A stretch of DNA of 64,000 nucleotides. It comes from an uncultured delta proteobacterium. Its GTDB lineage: Bacteria; Desulfobacterota; Syntrophorhabdia; Syntrophorhabdales; WCHB1-27. Below the pieces are notes generated by a model. It was not told the DNA's origin and ran no database searches. It saw nothing but the letters and a program-made list of their open reading frames with translations. Both the position numbers and the translations under genes were made by a program. Below are positions 33,362-44,827 of the stretch, piece by piece (positions within the stretch are counted from its first letter, which is position 1; the number at the start of each line of letters is the position of its first letter). Location: contig CAWEPK010000007.1 of the NCBI GenBank assembly GCA_963810935.1, forward strand, positions 352,001 through 416,000. The letters are read 5' to 3'.

Positions 33362-36300
33362 TTACCGCCGCCCAATAAATACGCAGCGTAGCTGCTCCCT
33401 TAGCGGCGGTTGCGGTTGGAGGAACGCCTCAAGGGGTCGTGCTATATGGATGCAATGTGAAGTGGCGGCCGGAGGCGTACGTAGGTACATCGGAGGCCCC
33501 ACGTCGAGCAGGGCGCCGCATAGCGGGGGCCCGCAGCAGGCGCGAGTCCAGCCGCCCGCATTACTCCGCCGTTGCTTTTTTGTCTTAGCTTTTTGCTTCA
33601 GCCGTCTGGAGCCCCGCCGCCTGACCCCCGCTATTGCTACGCCCGCGATGGTGAAAAGCAGCAGATACGGATGCTCTACGCTGTAGACTACCGGGGCTAG
33701 GGCCCAGCGGGTTACGGCCCGTACGCTCTCGTGCTGCGCGATAAACTCCGCTACCGGCGGCGAATGTTTGTAGTAGAACGCTATGAACGCCCGCCCCGGC
33801 CCGCACGTCAGCAGCCGCCTGTCCCTGAACGCCCGCAAGGCCGCTACATGGGGGTCGAGGTATGAGCCGTAAGCCGCGGTCGCGATGAAGCAGGTATTCC
33901 CGCCGCCGGACGAGGAAGTGGTCGTAGCGGCTGTTGCCGCCGGCAGGGAGACCCCCGTCAACGTACCCGTGAGGCTCGTGGCGGACGGGTCGGTCGTGGG
34001 GACCGATATATAGGCTATTTTGGTCCCGGCAGAACTTGGTGCAAACGTCACGACGAACGTACACGAGGTTGAGGTGAGGCTGGTGTTCGAGCAGTGGTCG
34101 CTCCCGAAGGGGATGGAGAAGTCGCCGGCATTAGTGCCTACAATCGTAACTGAGTGAAGGGTGAGCAGGCCGCCCTGGGTCTCCGATATCGTGAAGGTCT
34201 GGGAAGACGACTGCCCCGTGGTGAGGCTGCCGTAGCTCCAGCTAAGAGGTGAAGTTATGGCGGGTATGAGTTCCGCCACGCCCACCGGGTCGGCAATGAC
34301 GCCGTTCGCAGTGCCGTCATCGTCTCCGTAGGTACTGTCGCCATCCTTCAGTTGCAGCGTTACGACGTTGCCTGATTTACTCACCACGTGGCTGCCGTAA
34401 TCGTAAAAGCCGCCCTGGCCCACTTTGTAGACCTTGGCATTCGTAGAGACGGGGGTGGGGAAGGTGATCGTGGCGGTGATAACGTCGCCGCCGGCCAGCC
34501 CCGATACCTGGTAGAGGATCAGGCCGTCGGGGAAGAAGTATCCGGAAGGTTTGTTCGTGGAGTTGAGGGCCGCGTTGCCGTCCGCGACGGCATGCATGTC
34601 TGTGATAACGCCGGCGGAGACCTGGACCGTGATATTGCCAGTGCCCGTGACGCTTCCCACCGAGGCAGTGCCGGTGTTGAGGCCGACCGGGCTGGAGGTA
34701 TCGACGGTCGAGAAGGTCCAACTGTGGTTGGCCGACATTGCGTTGCCCGCGAGGTCCTTCACTCCCGTCGTGACTGTGGCCGTATAATCGTAAGGATATC
34801 CGATCGGGCCCGCGGGCACGAATGTCGCCGTGTTGCCGGCCACGCTTACCGTGCCGGCCACGGCCAGCCTCAAACCTGTTCTGGGTCAAATAGAATGTGG
34901 ATGTGGTTACACTGGTCGGGTCGATGGTTTCGACGAAAGTAGCCTGGATGACGGTGTTGGAGGCCGCTCCCGTCGATCCGTCACTGGGGTATGCGATGGT
35001 GACGTAAGGCGCCGTGGTGTCGCTTGCGGCGCCCGTCGTGAACGTCCACGTATAAGGCGCGGGCAGGGGCGCGCCGGAGCTGTCCTGGGCTGCCGTGCCG
35101 ATCGTCGCCGTATAGGTGGTGCTCGCGCTCAAGGCGGACGAGGGTGTGAAAGTAGCGATATCACTGCTGTAAGAGACTGTGCCGCTAATGGCGGACCCGC
35201 CAGAGACGGCCACCGTGAACGTGCCGGAGGCGGTTATGGTCGCCGGGTTCATATCGGTCGCGAACTGCGCTCTTATCGTAGCGTTCAGGGGCACCCCGGC
35301 CTGACCTGCCTGGGGCGAGGTGATGCTTACCGACGGTGCGCCCGCCGCAGTACCCGTGAAGAAGCTCCAGATCACAGGGGCGGCGAGGGCCTCGCCCGTC
35401 GCGTCGGTGACGCCCGTCGAGATCGTTACCGTGTAGGCCGTATTGGCGCTCAGGCTGCTCGCCGGAGTGAATGTTGCCCTGTTGGTCGTCGAATCGTAGC
35501 TGAACGAGCCGGAGACCGGGACCGTCGAGCCGCTCACCACGTGCGTCACGGTAAAGCTGGACGACGTTATCGTTGATTGCGCCATGGCCGTGCTGAAGGT
35601 GGCCGTGATGGGGCTGGTGACCGCTACGTTGCTCCCGGTGGGGCCCGCGGCCGTTACAACGGGCGCCAGGGACGTCGTGAACGACCATGTGACGGGGGCC
35701 GACGCCAGGGTGGCCCCGCCTGCGTCCGTTATGCCGGACGTGAGCGTGGCCCTGTAGTTGGACGCCCCATCGAGGTTAGCTCCAGGGGTGAACGTGGCCG
35801 TGTTCGTGGTCGAATCGTATGAGACGGTGCCGGATACGGCCGTCCCGCCGGCCGTCACGTTTGTCAGGGTGAAGGTCGTATTCGAGATGGTGCCTGCATT
35901 CATGGCCCCGCTGAAAGTCACGCTGACAACGCTGTTAATAGCGACGCCGGTCGCCCCGGGGGCGGGGCTTTGGGAAGCGGAAGCGACCCCGGCAGGGCCG
36001 AGGGAGAAGATCAGGCCCTTTGCGCTCGTGCCTCCGGCGGAGGTCATGCCGTAGAGGACGCCGCTGCCGGAGAGGACGAGAGAGCCGTAAGGCACCCCGC
36101 CGTCTGTCCCCGACGCGTTGAATGCGTGGAGGATCTTAAAGGTGGAGAGGCCTCCGCTTGTCGATATCCTGAAGACCGTTCCGCAGCCGTCGCCGCCGCA
36201 ACCTGTTCCCCCGCCCTTAAGGGTCATGCCGTAGAGGGTGGAGCCGTCCGCTGAGAGCGTGAGCGAGCCCCACGGGGTGGCCCCGTCCGCAGAACCCCCG

Positions 36301-37266
36301 CCGAAGCTATGGAGCAGGCTGAAGGTGCCGCCCGACGTATCGTACTTATAAATCGTGCCTTTGGCGCCTGCGCCGCCGGCGGACGTCGTGCCGTACAGGA
36401 CGCCGCCGGAGAGGATCGGGGTGCCTACCGGGTTCTGCCCGTCGGTCGATCCGTTGAAAGAATGGAGGACCGACTCGTTGCCGTTCGTGTCGGACGTGAT
36501 AATCGCACCGTATCCCGATCCTCCTCCGCCCAGCGTCACGCCGTACAGGTTTGTGCCTGAGGCGACGAGCGAGCCGAGGGGCATCGCGCCGTCGCCGACG
36601 AGGGCGCCGAAATTGTGGAGCACGTTGACGTTGCCGCTCAGGTCCGACGCGAAGAGAGTGCCCAGGCCGCTTACGCCGCCGAAGTTCCCCGCCCCGGTCC
36701 CGCCCGCAGCGGACATGCCGTAGAGGTAGCCGCCCTGGAGCACCAGGGAGCCGACCGTCAGGTGCGGGTTGGTAGAGCTGCTCAAGTCCTTCATCATGCT
36801 GTAGCTTGCGCCGCTTGTCGTGTCCACTTTAAAGATCGTGCCGCAGCCCGCGATGTTGTTGAGCGCGTTAGCGCAGTCTCCCCGCGCCGCCCGCCGAGGT
36901 GAGCCCGTAAAGCGTGGAGCCGTCGGATGAGAGAGTGGGCGTGCCCCACCACGGCGCGGCCCCGTCGGACGTCGGGCCGGTAAAGCTGTAAAGCGGAGTG
37001 ACGTTGCCGCTGAGGTCCGATTTGAAGGCCGTGCCGCATCCCGTGCCGCCGCATCCCGTGCCGCCGCCGGCCGAGGTCATACCGTACAGGGTGCTGCCGG
37101 AAAGGACGAGGCCGCCCAGCGGGTTCGCCCCGTCGGTAGACCCGCCGGCGAAGCTATGGATGACGTTGAAGGCAGTCTGGGCGCAGGCGGAAGTATGCAG
37201 TCCCGGGGCTATGAAAAAGAGCAACAGCACGACAACCGGGAACATTGCGCGGCGGCCTTTTTTCAT
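33362..37266 (-). CDS. Large surface protein: GloVer-type tandem repeats, Ig-like (Big_5/SbsA) repeats, choice-of-anchor U, CFI-box-CTERM; frameshifts near 36870 and 34875
   Basis: Signal peptide, LYGMTSAGG repeats, ATFTP...Y.ATI...WSFTT Ig repeats, [26 protein letters not shown] plus TM and basic tail. The true stop probably lies nearer 33580. Confidence 0.85.
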
Positions 37267-37526
37267 AGTCTCCTTCCTTCCCGCGAGAGTCTTCGGCTTA
37301 CTGAGGTATTACGTTGTTACGGTTAGGTTAAGCTACCATAAAGCGCAAGAGGCGGGCAAGGGAAATACGGGCGATCCGGGCGCGTTCGGGACGCGGCGGC
37401 TGCTGTTGTCCCTAATCGTCGCGTACGTCCGGCTAATTGGCTGAAAAGGGATAGCTTCGGCCTGTTTTGGCTTGACGCGGCACGGTTCGGCCCAATATCT
37501 TTCCGAGAGATACGGAAGCGGAAAAG

Positions 37527-38372
37527 ATGGAGGTCGGGCCGATGATCAGACTGACGCGAAGGGAATCAGGGGCAGCGGGAAACTCCCTCGCAGTCGTGTT
37601 CTCCATGCCTATGGGCCGCAGCCGGCCGCGCAGCGGGTACGCGTCCCTGTGGGAAAGGAAGGCCAAGCCGACTTTCCTCCTGGTCCACGGGGCGTTCCAC
37701 GGCGCCTGGTGCTGGGAGCGCCTGACGAGGTATATGCTGGGCGCCGGTTACACCTGCTATTGCATCTCGCTCACGGGGCTCGGCCTTATGTCGAACCTCG
37801 CGCACCCCGGTATCGACCTCGAGAGCCACATTGAAGACGTTATGACGGTCATCGACTCGGAGGACCTTAGGGACGTTGTCCTCGTCGGCCACGCATACGG
37901 CGGCATGGTGATTGCGGGCGTAGCGGACCGCATGTCTTCCCGCATCCGCCGGGCGGTCTATCTCGACGCCTTCGTCCCGGACAGAGGGAAGTGCGTGCTG
38001 GACTACATACAGCCCGCCGAAAAGGCGGCGCAGATGAGAAAGCGCGGGGAGGTGTCCGGCATGATAGACCCTCCGTCCGTCTACGAGTGGGGCTTAACGA
38101 AACCGGCCGACGTCAGGTGGGCTATGCGCTTTTTGAGCAGGCAGCCGTACCGCACGCTGACCCAGCCGATTGCACTGAAGATGGACGCGGCAAAGGCGCC
38201 GGTCCGCAAGACGTACATACACTGCACTGCGCCGGCGACGAGGACGTTCGGCACGTTCGCGGCCCGGCTGCGTTGCGACCCGTCATGGCAGCTAGTCGAT
38301 TTCAAGGGCTGCCATGATTCCATGATCGCGGAACCCGAAGGTCTTGCCAGATTGTTCCTGCGGGTGGCCTGA
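37527..38372 (+). CDS. Alpha/beta hydrolase (esterase-like)
   Basis: LVHGAFHGAWCW, GHAYGG (Ala at the nucleophile position), YLDAFVP, HDSM. Start uncertain. Confidence 0.85.
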   Translation: MEVGPMIRLTRRESGAAGNSLAVVFSMPMGRSRPRSGYASLWERKAKPTFLLVHGAFHGAWCWERLTRYMLGAGYTCYCISLTGLGLMSNLAHPGIDLESHIEDVMTVIDSEDLRDVVLVGHAYGGMVIAGVADRMSSRIRRAVYLDAFVPDRGKCVLDYIQPAEKAAQMRKRGEVSGMIDPPSVYEWGLTKPADVRWAMRFLSRQPYRTLTQPIALKMDAAKAPVRKTYIHCTAPATRTFGTFAARLRCDPSWQLVDFKGCHDSMIAEPEGLARLFLRVA

Positions 38373-38385
38373 CAAGGAGAGGGCA

Positions 38386-39492
38386 ATGGAAAAGCAAAAG
38401 AAAGCGGAACGAGCGGCCGGCTCTACCAGACGCGCCTTTCTCAGGGCAGGCGCGTTAGCGGCGGCCGGAAGCGCAATTGCGGTCCTGGCGTCCGCGTCTT
38501 CGGGCAGTGCCCGGACCGCTCCGGAAAGAGGCAGCGCTCCGGCCTTCGTCCTGGTGCACGGGGCCTGGCACGGCGGCTGGTGCTGGAAGCGCACGACCCC
38601 ATACCTCCGGGCCGCAGGCCATAACACCTATCCCATAACGCTCACGGGGCTCGGCGCGCGCTCGCACCTCGCGCGGCCGGATATAGACCTCGACCTGCAC
38701 ATCAGGGACGTCATATCGGTTATCGAGACCGAAGAGCTGAGCAACGTAATCCTCGTAGGTCACAGCTACGGCGGCATGGTGGTCGCAGGCGTTGCGGACC
38801 GCGTCCCCTCCCGCATCCGCCGTGTGGTCTACCTCGACGCCTTCGTGCCTGCGAACGGCAAATGTCTCTTTGATTACCTGCCCCCCGAAAGGGCGGCGGG
38901 CCTGAAAAAGGAGGGGGAAGCGTCGGGCACGATGGCCTGCGGGCCCGTGCAGCGGTTCGGCGTCACGAAGGGCGACGACGTAAGATGGGTCGAGAGTCAC
39001 CTGAGCAGGCAGCCGTACCGGACGTTCACTCAGCCCATCGCCCTGAAGACCGACGCGGCAAAGGCGGCCGTCCGCAAGACCTATGTTTACTGCTCGTCGC
39101 CGGCGATAGGGTCATTCGACCGGTTCGCGACGCGGTTCCGCAGCGACCGGAGCTGGCAGTTCTTCGATTTTAAGGCCGGGCACGACTGCATGGTCACGGA
39201 CCCGGAGGGCCTGGCGAAGATATTAGTGCAGACGGCGTGGTGTTATGAAGTGAACGACGTAGGGACGATGAGGACGCAGGCGGGAGACATGTCGGAATCT
39301 CATTTAGCCACTCACGCCGGCGTCCCCATCGTTTTGTCTGGTGGGGCCGGGATCTTTTGGCGGCCTTCGCGTCGTTTCCTCGGGCGCGAGTCCTCACATA
39401 CACAATACGTATGCTCCGGCTCGCTTCGTCGGAAAGCAACGCGAATTCCATCCAAAATCTCCCGGCCCGCTTTGCTTGTTTGTTGTTATTAG
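38386..39492 (+). CDS. Tat-exported alpha/beta hydrolase paralog (homology ends near 39240)
   Basis: TRRAFLRAG Tat signal, LVHGAWHGGWCW, GHSYGG, GHDCM; the tail after 39240 runs through a repeat and is probably spurious. Confidence 0.85.
   Translation: MEKQKKAERAAGSTRRAFLRAGALAAAGSAIAVLASASSGSARTAPERGSAPAFVLVHGAWHGGWCWKRTTPYLRAAGHNTYPITLTGLGARSHLARPDIDLDLHIRDVISVIETEELSNVILVGHSYGGMVVAGVADRVPSRIRRVVYLDAFVPANGKCLFDYLPPERAAGLKKEGEASGTMACGPVQRFGVTKGDDVRWVESHLSRQPYRTFTQPIALKTDAAKAAVRKTYVYCSSPAIGSFDRFATRFRSDRSWQFFDFKAGHDCMVTDPEGLAKILVQTAWCYEVNDVGTMRTQAGDMSESHLATHAGVPIVLSGGAGIFWRPSRRFLGRESSHTQYVCSGSLRRKATRIPSKISRPALLVCCY
39344..39468 (+). repeat. Repeat family A, copy 5
   Basis: GGGCCGGGATCTTTTGG ... 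CCAAAATCTCCCGGCCC. Confidence 0.85.
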
Positions 39493-39493
39493 C

Positions 39494-39820
39494 TCAAAAA
39501 CTTCGGATCGCTACGCAGTTTTTTTTGGTTAGCACCTTCACTCCTTTCTCGATGCGGTCCCTCAGCCTGTCCTTTTCGATTTCAAGGTCGTATCGCGACT
39601 GGAGGTTTAGCCAGAAACGGTCGGAAAGACCGAAATAACGGGAGAGCCTGAGCGCCGTGTCCGCCGTTATCGCCCGTTTGCCGTGGACGATCTCGTTTAT
39701 ACGCCTGGCCGACACGCTGATATCTTTGGCGAGCCTGTATTGGCTAACGCTCAAGGGCGTCAAAAACTCCTCCACCAATATCTCACCCGGATGCACCGGT
39801 TCCATAGTCTTCGCACGCAT
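39494..39820 (-). CDS. higA: HigA-family antitoxin (XRE HTH)
   Basis: PVHPGEILVEEFL, RRINEIVHGKRAITADTALRL, FWLNLQSRYDL. Confidence 0.92.
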   Translation of the reverse strand: MRAKTMEPVHPGEILVEEFLTPLSVSQYRLAKDISVSARRINEIVHGKRAITADTALRLSRYFGLSDRFWLNLQSRYDLEIEKDRLRDRIEKGVKVLTKKNCVAIRSF

Positions 39821-39830
39821 GGGTTTCCTC

Positions 39831-39875
39831 CTAATGATAATCGACTATTTCAACCTCAAAGGCGGAATTACCCCG
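39831..39875 (-). pseudogene. higB: C-terminal remnant of HigB toxin
   Basis: Minus strand reads RGNSAFEVEIVDYH*, the typical HigB C-terminus, directly upstream of higA; the rest of the gene is absent. Confidence 0.7.
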
Positions 39876-39885
39876 GTCCCTATCT

Positions 39886-41020
39886 CTACCTCGGCAGCGG
39901 GCCTAAATACTGATACAGGTTGCATTCAATTGTAGCGTTGTACAGTTTTCGCTTCCTGTCCGCCTTTCTGCCGAATATTCTTTCGAAGCGGGGGTCGGGG
40001 GAGAGGGCGAATAGTGACCAGGCGTCGAGGCGCTTCCAGACAGCGCCCAGCGCTTTCCAGGCGCTTTGCGCCTGCGGGCCCTCGGTCCTTATACCGTAGG
40101 GCGGGTTGCAGACTATGCAGCCGTACTGCGCGTTGGATGAGAATGCCTCGACGGGCGCTACGCTGAACCTGATCGCGTCCGCCACGCCCGCCCTTTTCGC
40201 GTTCTTTCTGGCGATCTCGATAGATGCAGGGTCTGAGTCAGACGCCTCGATATCGAGGGGCACGCGCCGCTCCTGCGCACGCGCCTCCTCCCGGGCCTCG
40301 CGCCAGACCTCGGGCGGTATCGACGGCCACGTCTCCGATACGAATGCGCGGCCTATGCCCGGGGCGATGTTCATGCCGGCGAGTGCGGCCTCGATGGGGA
40401 TCGTGCCGGAGCCGCAGAACGGGTCGGCCAGGACGCGGCCGGGCTTCCAGCGTGAGAGGCGGACCATGGCGGCGGCCAGCGTCTCCTTCAGGGGCGCTTC
40501 GCCGCGCATCGTCAGGTGGCCCCGCTTGTGCAGGCCCGGCCCTGTCGTATCTATCGTGAGAGTCACGCGGTCCGCGACTATGGCGACCTCTATCCTGTAA
40601 ACCGGCCCTGCTTCGGAGAACCAGGCGCCGGGGTAACGCCTGCGCATTGCCTCGACTACGGCCTTCTTCACTATCGACTGGCAGTCGGGCACGGAAGCGA
40701 GCTTTGACCGCACGGACTTGCCCGTCACGTGCATCTTGCCGTTCTTCGGGACCAGACTCTTCCCACGCGATTTCCTTCGTGCCCTGGAAAAGCTCCTCGA
40801 AGTCGGTCGCGTCGAAGTCAGCCACCCTTATGAGGAGCCGGTCGGCGGTACGGAGCCGGATGTTGCAGCGGGCGATGTCCGCCGCGCCCCCGTTGAATGA
40901 GACGCGCCCGTTCTCGACCGTCACGTCCCCGTAGCCAAAGGCACGCAGCTCGTCAGCCACTATCCCCTCGACCCCGAATGCGGCAGTCGCCGTCAGCCTG
41001 TATGCAGTATCTCCGGTCAT
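39886..41020 (-). CDS. THUMP-domain class I SAM-dependent RNA methyltransferase (RlmL/YpsC-like); frameshift near 40750
   Basis: LRTADR, GLHKRG, APLKETLAA, DPFCGSGTIPIE, NPPYG. Confidence 0.9.
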
Positions 41021-41171
41021 CTGCTCTTTCGTTGCATCAATATAGTACTACTTATCGGGTCCGCGTGTGAAGGACGGCTGGAAAAGCGGCGAATCGGCCT
41101 TATATTAATCTTTCGGGGGTTGGCTTTTCAACCGCCCCAGCCTTTATCCGGAAAAAACCTTCATAAGAGGC

Positions 41172-42466
41172 ATGGCCGGCCGCGTTGCCTTCCCTTTCGG
41201 CGGCAGGCGTTTTTGTAGTATACTTCATGACCGCAATGTTCCAGAGAACCGATTTCCCGGCATTCCGACTCTCCCTCGTTTTCCTCCCGGCGGTCGCGCA
41301 GGCATACCTCTTTTTCTGCGCACGCAGGGCCATTCACTCCTCGCGCCTTCCTGCTGCGGCAAGGAGACCGGCGGTAGCGGCCACCGGGGCTGTCATCTGC
41401 CTGCTCTTCGTATTAAATGCGTTGCACGTGCTGGCTCATATCCGCTGGGTGGACCCCCCGGCCATCGCGCAGGTGCTTCTTTTCTACGTGCCGGCGGTCT
41501 GGGCGCTCGGCTCCGTCTTTACGGCCGTCATACTCGGGGTTGCGCACCTGGCGCGGGGGTTGATGTCTGCCAACGGCAGCGGGGGCGTTGTCCCGAATAC
41601 ACGGACGCAGAGCGCGCAGGAGCACCCGGGTGCGGCGGGCGCAATGCCGGCCGACGCAGGTCGCCGCCGGTTTTTGCGCACGGGCCTGACGGGCATTGCA
41701 GCCGCGCCTTTCGTGCTCTCGGGATACGGGGCCGCGTGGGGAAGCAGGGCATACGAGGTGTGCACGGTCGATGTGCCTTTCGGCCGCCGGATGCGCATCG
41801 TGCAGCTTTCCGACATACACGCGGGCGTCTACATGACGCGGCGCGATATACGCCGGTATGCGCGCCTGGCCGCGGACCTCCGCCCGGACCTCTTTGTCCT
41901 GACGGGCGACTTCATATCCAACTCTCCTGTTTTCCTGCCCGAGTGCCTCGAAGAGATGGCCGCGGTGCCCGCAAGGTACGGTACGTTCGCGGTCCTCGGG
42001 AACCACGAGCGCTGGTACGGCGTGCAGAAGGACTTAAAAAGCGCCTTCAAGAAATCCGGCGTGCCGCTCCTCGTCAACGCGCATGCAATTGTCCCGGCGG
42101 ACGACGGACCTTTCGCGGTGGCGGGGATTGACGATTTACGCAACGGCCGCCCGCGCCTCGACCTTGCCCTCAACGGCGTGCCCCCCGGCATGCCCACGCT
42201 GCTTTTGTCGCACCGCCCGGAGATCTTCCCCCTCGCCGCAGCCTGCGGCATCCCCCTGACGCTGGCCGGCCACTGGCACGGCGGCCAGATCAAGCTCATC
42301 CTGCCGGGAGTAGTAATCAGCCCCGCGCATATGCGCAGCCCGTATCCGGAGGGGATGTACAAGATCGGCGAAGTCGAGGCTATACGTGAGCAGGGGGGTA
42401 GGGACAACGTTCACGCCGGTACGGTTCAATTCGCCGCCGGAAGTTACCGTGATCAATCTGACGTAA
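41172..42466 (+). CDS. Membrane metallophosphoesterase (YkuE-like); frameshift near 42375
   Basis: LSDIH, TGDF, GNHE, LSHRP, AGHWHGGQ; C-terminus LYVSRGVG...PPEVTVINLT* in an alternate frame. Confidence 0.88.
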
Positions 42467-42469
42467 TCC

Positions 42470-43578
42470 TCACCCCTCCTCTTCCCCATACCTGCTTATC
42501 AGCGGATGCCCCACGTTCACCATGATCTTCTTGGCATAGAGCGGGTCGTTCTGCCTGAAACCCCCGTACTGGACGGCCTCTGCCAGCTTCCGGGGGTCGG
42601 TCCTTGTCTCTGAGTCGAACAGGCCCGTATATCCCGGCGTGTTCCTGAAGTGGGCGATGTAGTCCTTAAGGCTCTCTTTGTAAGACGGGTAGGCGCGTAT
42701 GGTCCTGCCGTTCGCCTCCATCGTAGGCCCCCTCCAGTCTCTTCCCGCCTCCAGGTTGAAGAGGTTGTTGCCGTCCATCCGTTTGCCCCAGCCTGTCTCG
42801 GTAGCAGCGTGGCCTATGATGAAAGGCAAAGAGAGACCTGTCCTCTCTGATACGGGCTTTGCCTCGTTATAGACGTCATCTACGAAGCCGAGCATGTCCT
42901 TTGTCGTATAGGGTTTTGCGACAGATTGGTCCGCGTCCGCGGACGGGCCATGTTCGTACTGCGTGACGGCTTCCTCAGGTTCGGGAAGCGTGGAAGGCAT
43001 GTAGGGGGTAATTTGCACGTCTTCGGGGGACCGGCCAAAGCCGGGGTCGGGATCGTAGGCTTTGCGCCGCCGACGGCCCGTTGCCGGGTCAACGGTATAA
43101 TCAGGCATCGGTAAAGGACCGGTCTTGGGCAATCCGCGTGATTCCCTTTCATCGAACCATGCCTTTATGTGATCGGGCAGCAGCCGCCAATCCCTTCCGC
43201 CGGGGCGAGAAAAGTCATAGACGCCGTCGTAGTCGTCATCATCGTCTTCCACCTCTCCACTGTAACTCATCCGGCTCGCTGCTGTTTCCTGCGGAGCCGA
43301 GGGCTGGGCATCGGCCGCTCCTCCTCCCGGTGCGGGGGAAGACTGCGGGGCGGGTGCAACGGAGGAAGGGCTGTATGGGCCGGGCTCATAAGGAGGGAGG
43401 GGCTCAGCACCTTGAGCGGGGACAGAATTCACGGGTGGTTGGGGCTGGCTGCTAAACCCGTGGTGTTTGGCCGGATCAACGGCGGGAACCTTGGACCACC
43501 CCATGCCTCTCTGTTCCTCGGAAGTGATAGGCCGCACTTCGATATGGACGTGGGGGCCGGTGCTTTTCTCGCCCGGCG
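42470..43578 (-). CDS. 3' part of IS-interrupted M23 peptidase/glucosaminidase (FlgJ-like) gene
   Basis: STGPHVHIEV (M23 HxH), Pro-rich linker, HAATETGWG, NNLFNL, RAYPSYKESLKDY, DPLYAKKI. Confidence 0.8.
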
Positions 43579-43676
43579 GGTAGTGTCCTAATTTGATTGG
43601 GGGAGGGGTGGGGAATGGCACGGGAGTTGCCCAAGTCCGATAACCCACATTTTTTTAAATGTCAACGGTTTTTTTC

Positions 43677-43705
43677 TTGACATTGCCTGCTTATAATAGT
43701 AAGTT
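43677..43705 (+). promoter_or_regulatory. Sigma70-like promoter facing the DUF3800 3' end
   Basis: TTGACA-17 bp-TAAGTT. Confidence 0.55.
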
Positions 43706-43711
43706 ATCAAT

Positions 43712-43787
43712 ATCATATAGGTTTTGGATCGGGGTGTCACTCGGTCGGCAGGGAGCCTCTCACAATGAGAGGCTGCCTGTTTATTTA
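43712..43787. ncRNA. Candidate DUF3800-associated structured RNA
   Basis: Hairpin AGCCTCTCA-CAA-TGAGAGGCT followed on the minus strand by GCCGACCGAGTGACACCCCGATCCA, which resembles (from memory) DUF3800 RNA motifs. Promoter and U-tail suggest + strand transcription. Confidence 0.6.
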
Positions 43788-44525
43788 TGGGAAGAGTTTC
43801 AAACCAAAACCTCGAAAATTTCCCTTTCTGTCACAATACATCTTGCCCTTAATCCCATCAAAGGGGATATATGGTACTTTTGGCTGAAGTAGGTGCCGCG
43901 CAAGAGGGTAGGCACACAAGTCTGCAAGTTGAAGCCCTATCACGTTGTCTTTCTTTGCCTGAAATTTGAAGCTGGATATAATTTTTTGGAGCCTTTCGGC
44001 ATTTACATAAAACGTGCCTTTATTGTAAGTCGAGTGATAGTGGGCTAAAAGAAGCTCGTCTTGGTTTTTCCCTCGCTTTTCTACGCGGACATCCACCTTC
44101 GCATCTCTATCGATGCTATTTAGGCAGAATATTAGGCGCTCTATGACGAAGGAAAGAGATAAGGTATAGGGGTCGTTAGCCGCCTTCCCGTATTTCTTGA
44201 TAAGCTGTCCCTTGTGTACTCCTGACCCGATAACAATGAAGTCGGTAGAGCTTATTATGTCATTCCAATCTTTATAGAACCGGGCCTTCAGATCAACATC
44301 GAACAGAATTTGGAACGGGCCTTCGCATCGTCTTATATCTCTGGAGTGAAGAATGACATCGGTTGTGTGAAAGTATTCTAATTTGAAGCGATCAACTCTG
44401 TCTTGCAGGGCCAATGCCGCGTCTTCCCTCAATAGGCACCCACAAAGAAGAAACAAAGGAAAGTTCTCGTCTACATAGCTTAATCCGTGATCGCCGGTTT
44501 CGTCCAAAAAGAATCGATATTTCAA
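43785..44525 (-). CDS. DUF3800 domain protein (predicted RNase H-like fold)
   Basis: FFLDETGDH, LHSRDIR, EKRGKNQD, GLQLADLCAYP. Confidence 0.85.
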   Translation of the reverse strand: MKYRFFLDETGDHGLSYVDENFPLFLLCGCLLREDAALALQDRVDRFKLEYFHTTDVILHSRDIRRCEGPFQILFDVDLKARFYKDWNDIISSTDFIVIGSGVHKGQLIKKYGKAANDPYTLSLSFVIERLIFCLNSIDRDAKVDVRVEKRGKNQDELLLAHYHSTYNKGTFYVNAERLQKIISSFKFQAKKDNVIGLQLADLCAYPLARHLLQPKVPYIPFDGIKGKMYCDRKGNFRGFGLKLFP

Positions 44526-44827
44526 TTCTCTCCTTTGTGATCTCCTACAATTGACGCCCTAACCGCTTTCTCCGGTGAGTCTACCGGCGGAATATGAAGC
44601 ACGGCATAGTACCGGCGCTTAGTACTTCCCTCTATAGGCGAGGACCAGGCATAAGCGCGGGTGGCCTTCGGGTGACCCTCAAGATTGAAAACTGAGACGC
44701 TACCCTGCCAGACGGTCTTATCTCCGAACTTCTCCACAACAACAACGTCCTCGACAAAAGAGGCTTTACAGTTGTGAAGACGCTCAATGGCGGTTCTTAG
44801 TTCATCAACTCTCGTCGTGCTGCTCAT
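44522..44827 (-). CDS. Conserved hypothetical protein (transposon cargo)
   Basis: Overlaps both neighbouring genes; VWQGSVSVFNLEGHPKATRAYAWS motif. Confidence 0.7.
   Translation of the reverse strand: MSSTTRVDELRTAIERLHNCKASFVEDVVVVEKFGDKTVWQGSVSVFNLEGHPKATRAYAWSSPIEGSTKRRYYAVLHIPPVDSPEKAVRASIVGDHKGEN

Noticed and set aside
39240..39492. C-terminal extensions of the second hydrolase and of the CFI-box protein (33362-33580)
   Set aside because: They translate through repeat elements beyond the end of homology; probably missed stops.
43579..43665. IS-provided promoter and GTG start (43648) re-expressing the glucosaminidase half
   Set aside because: The minus-strand TTGACA has a poor -10 (TATCGG), the transcript would start downstream of the GTG, and there is no RBS.
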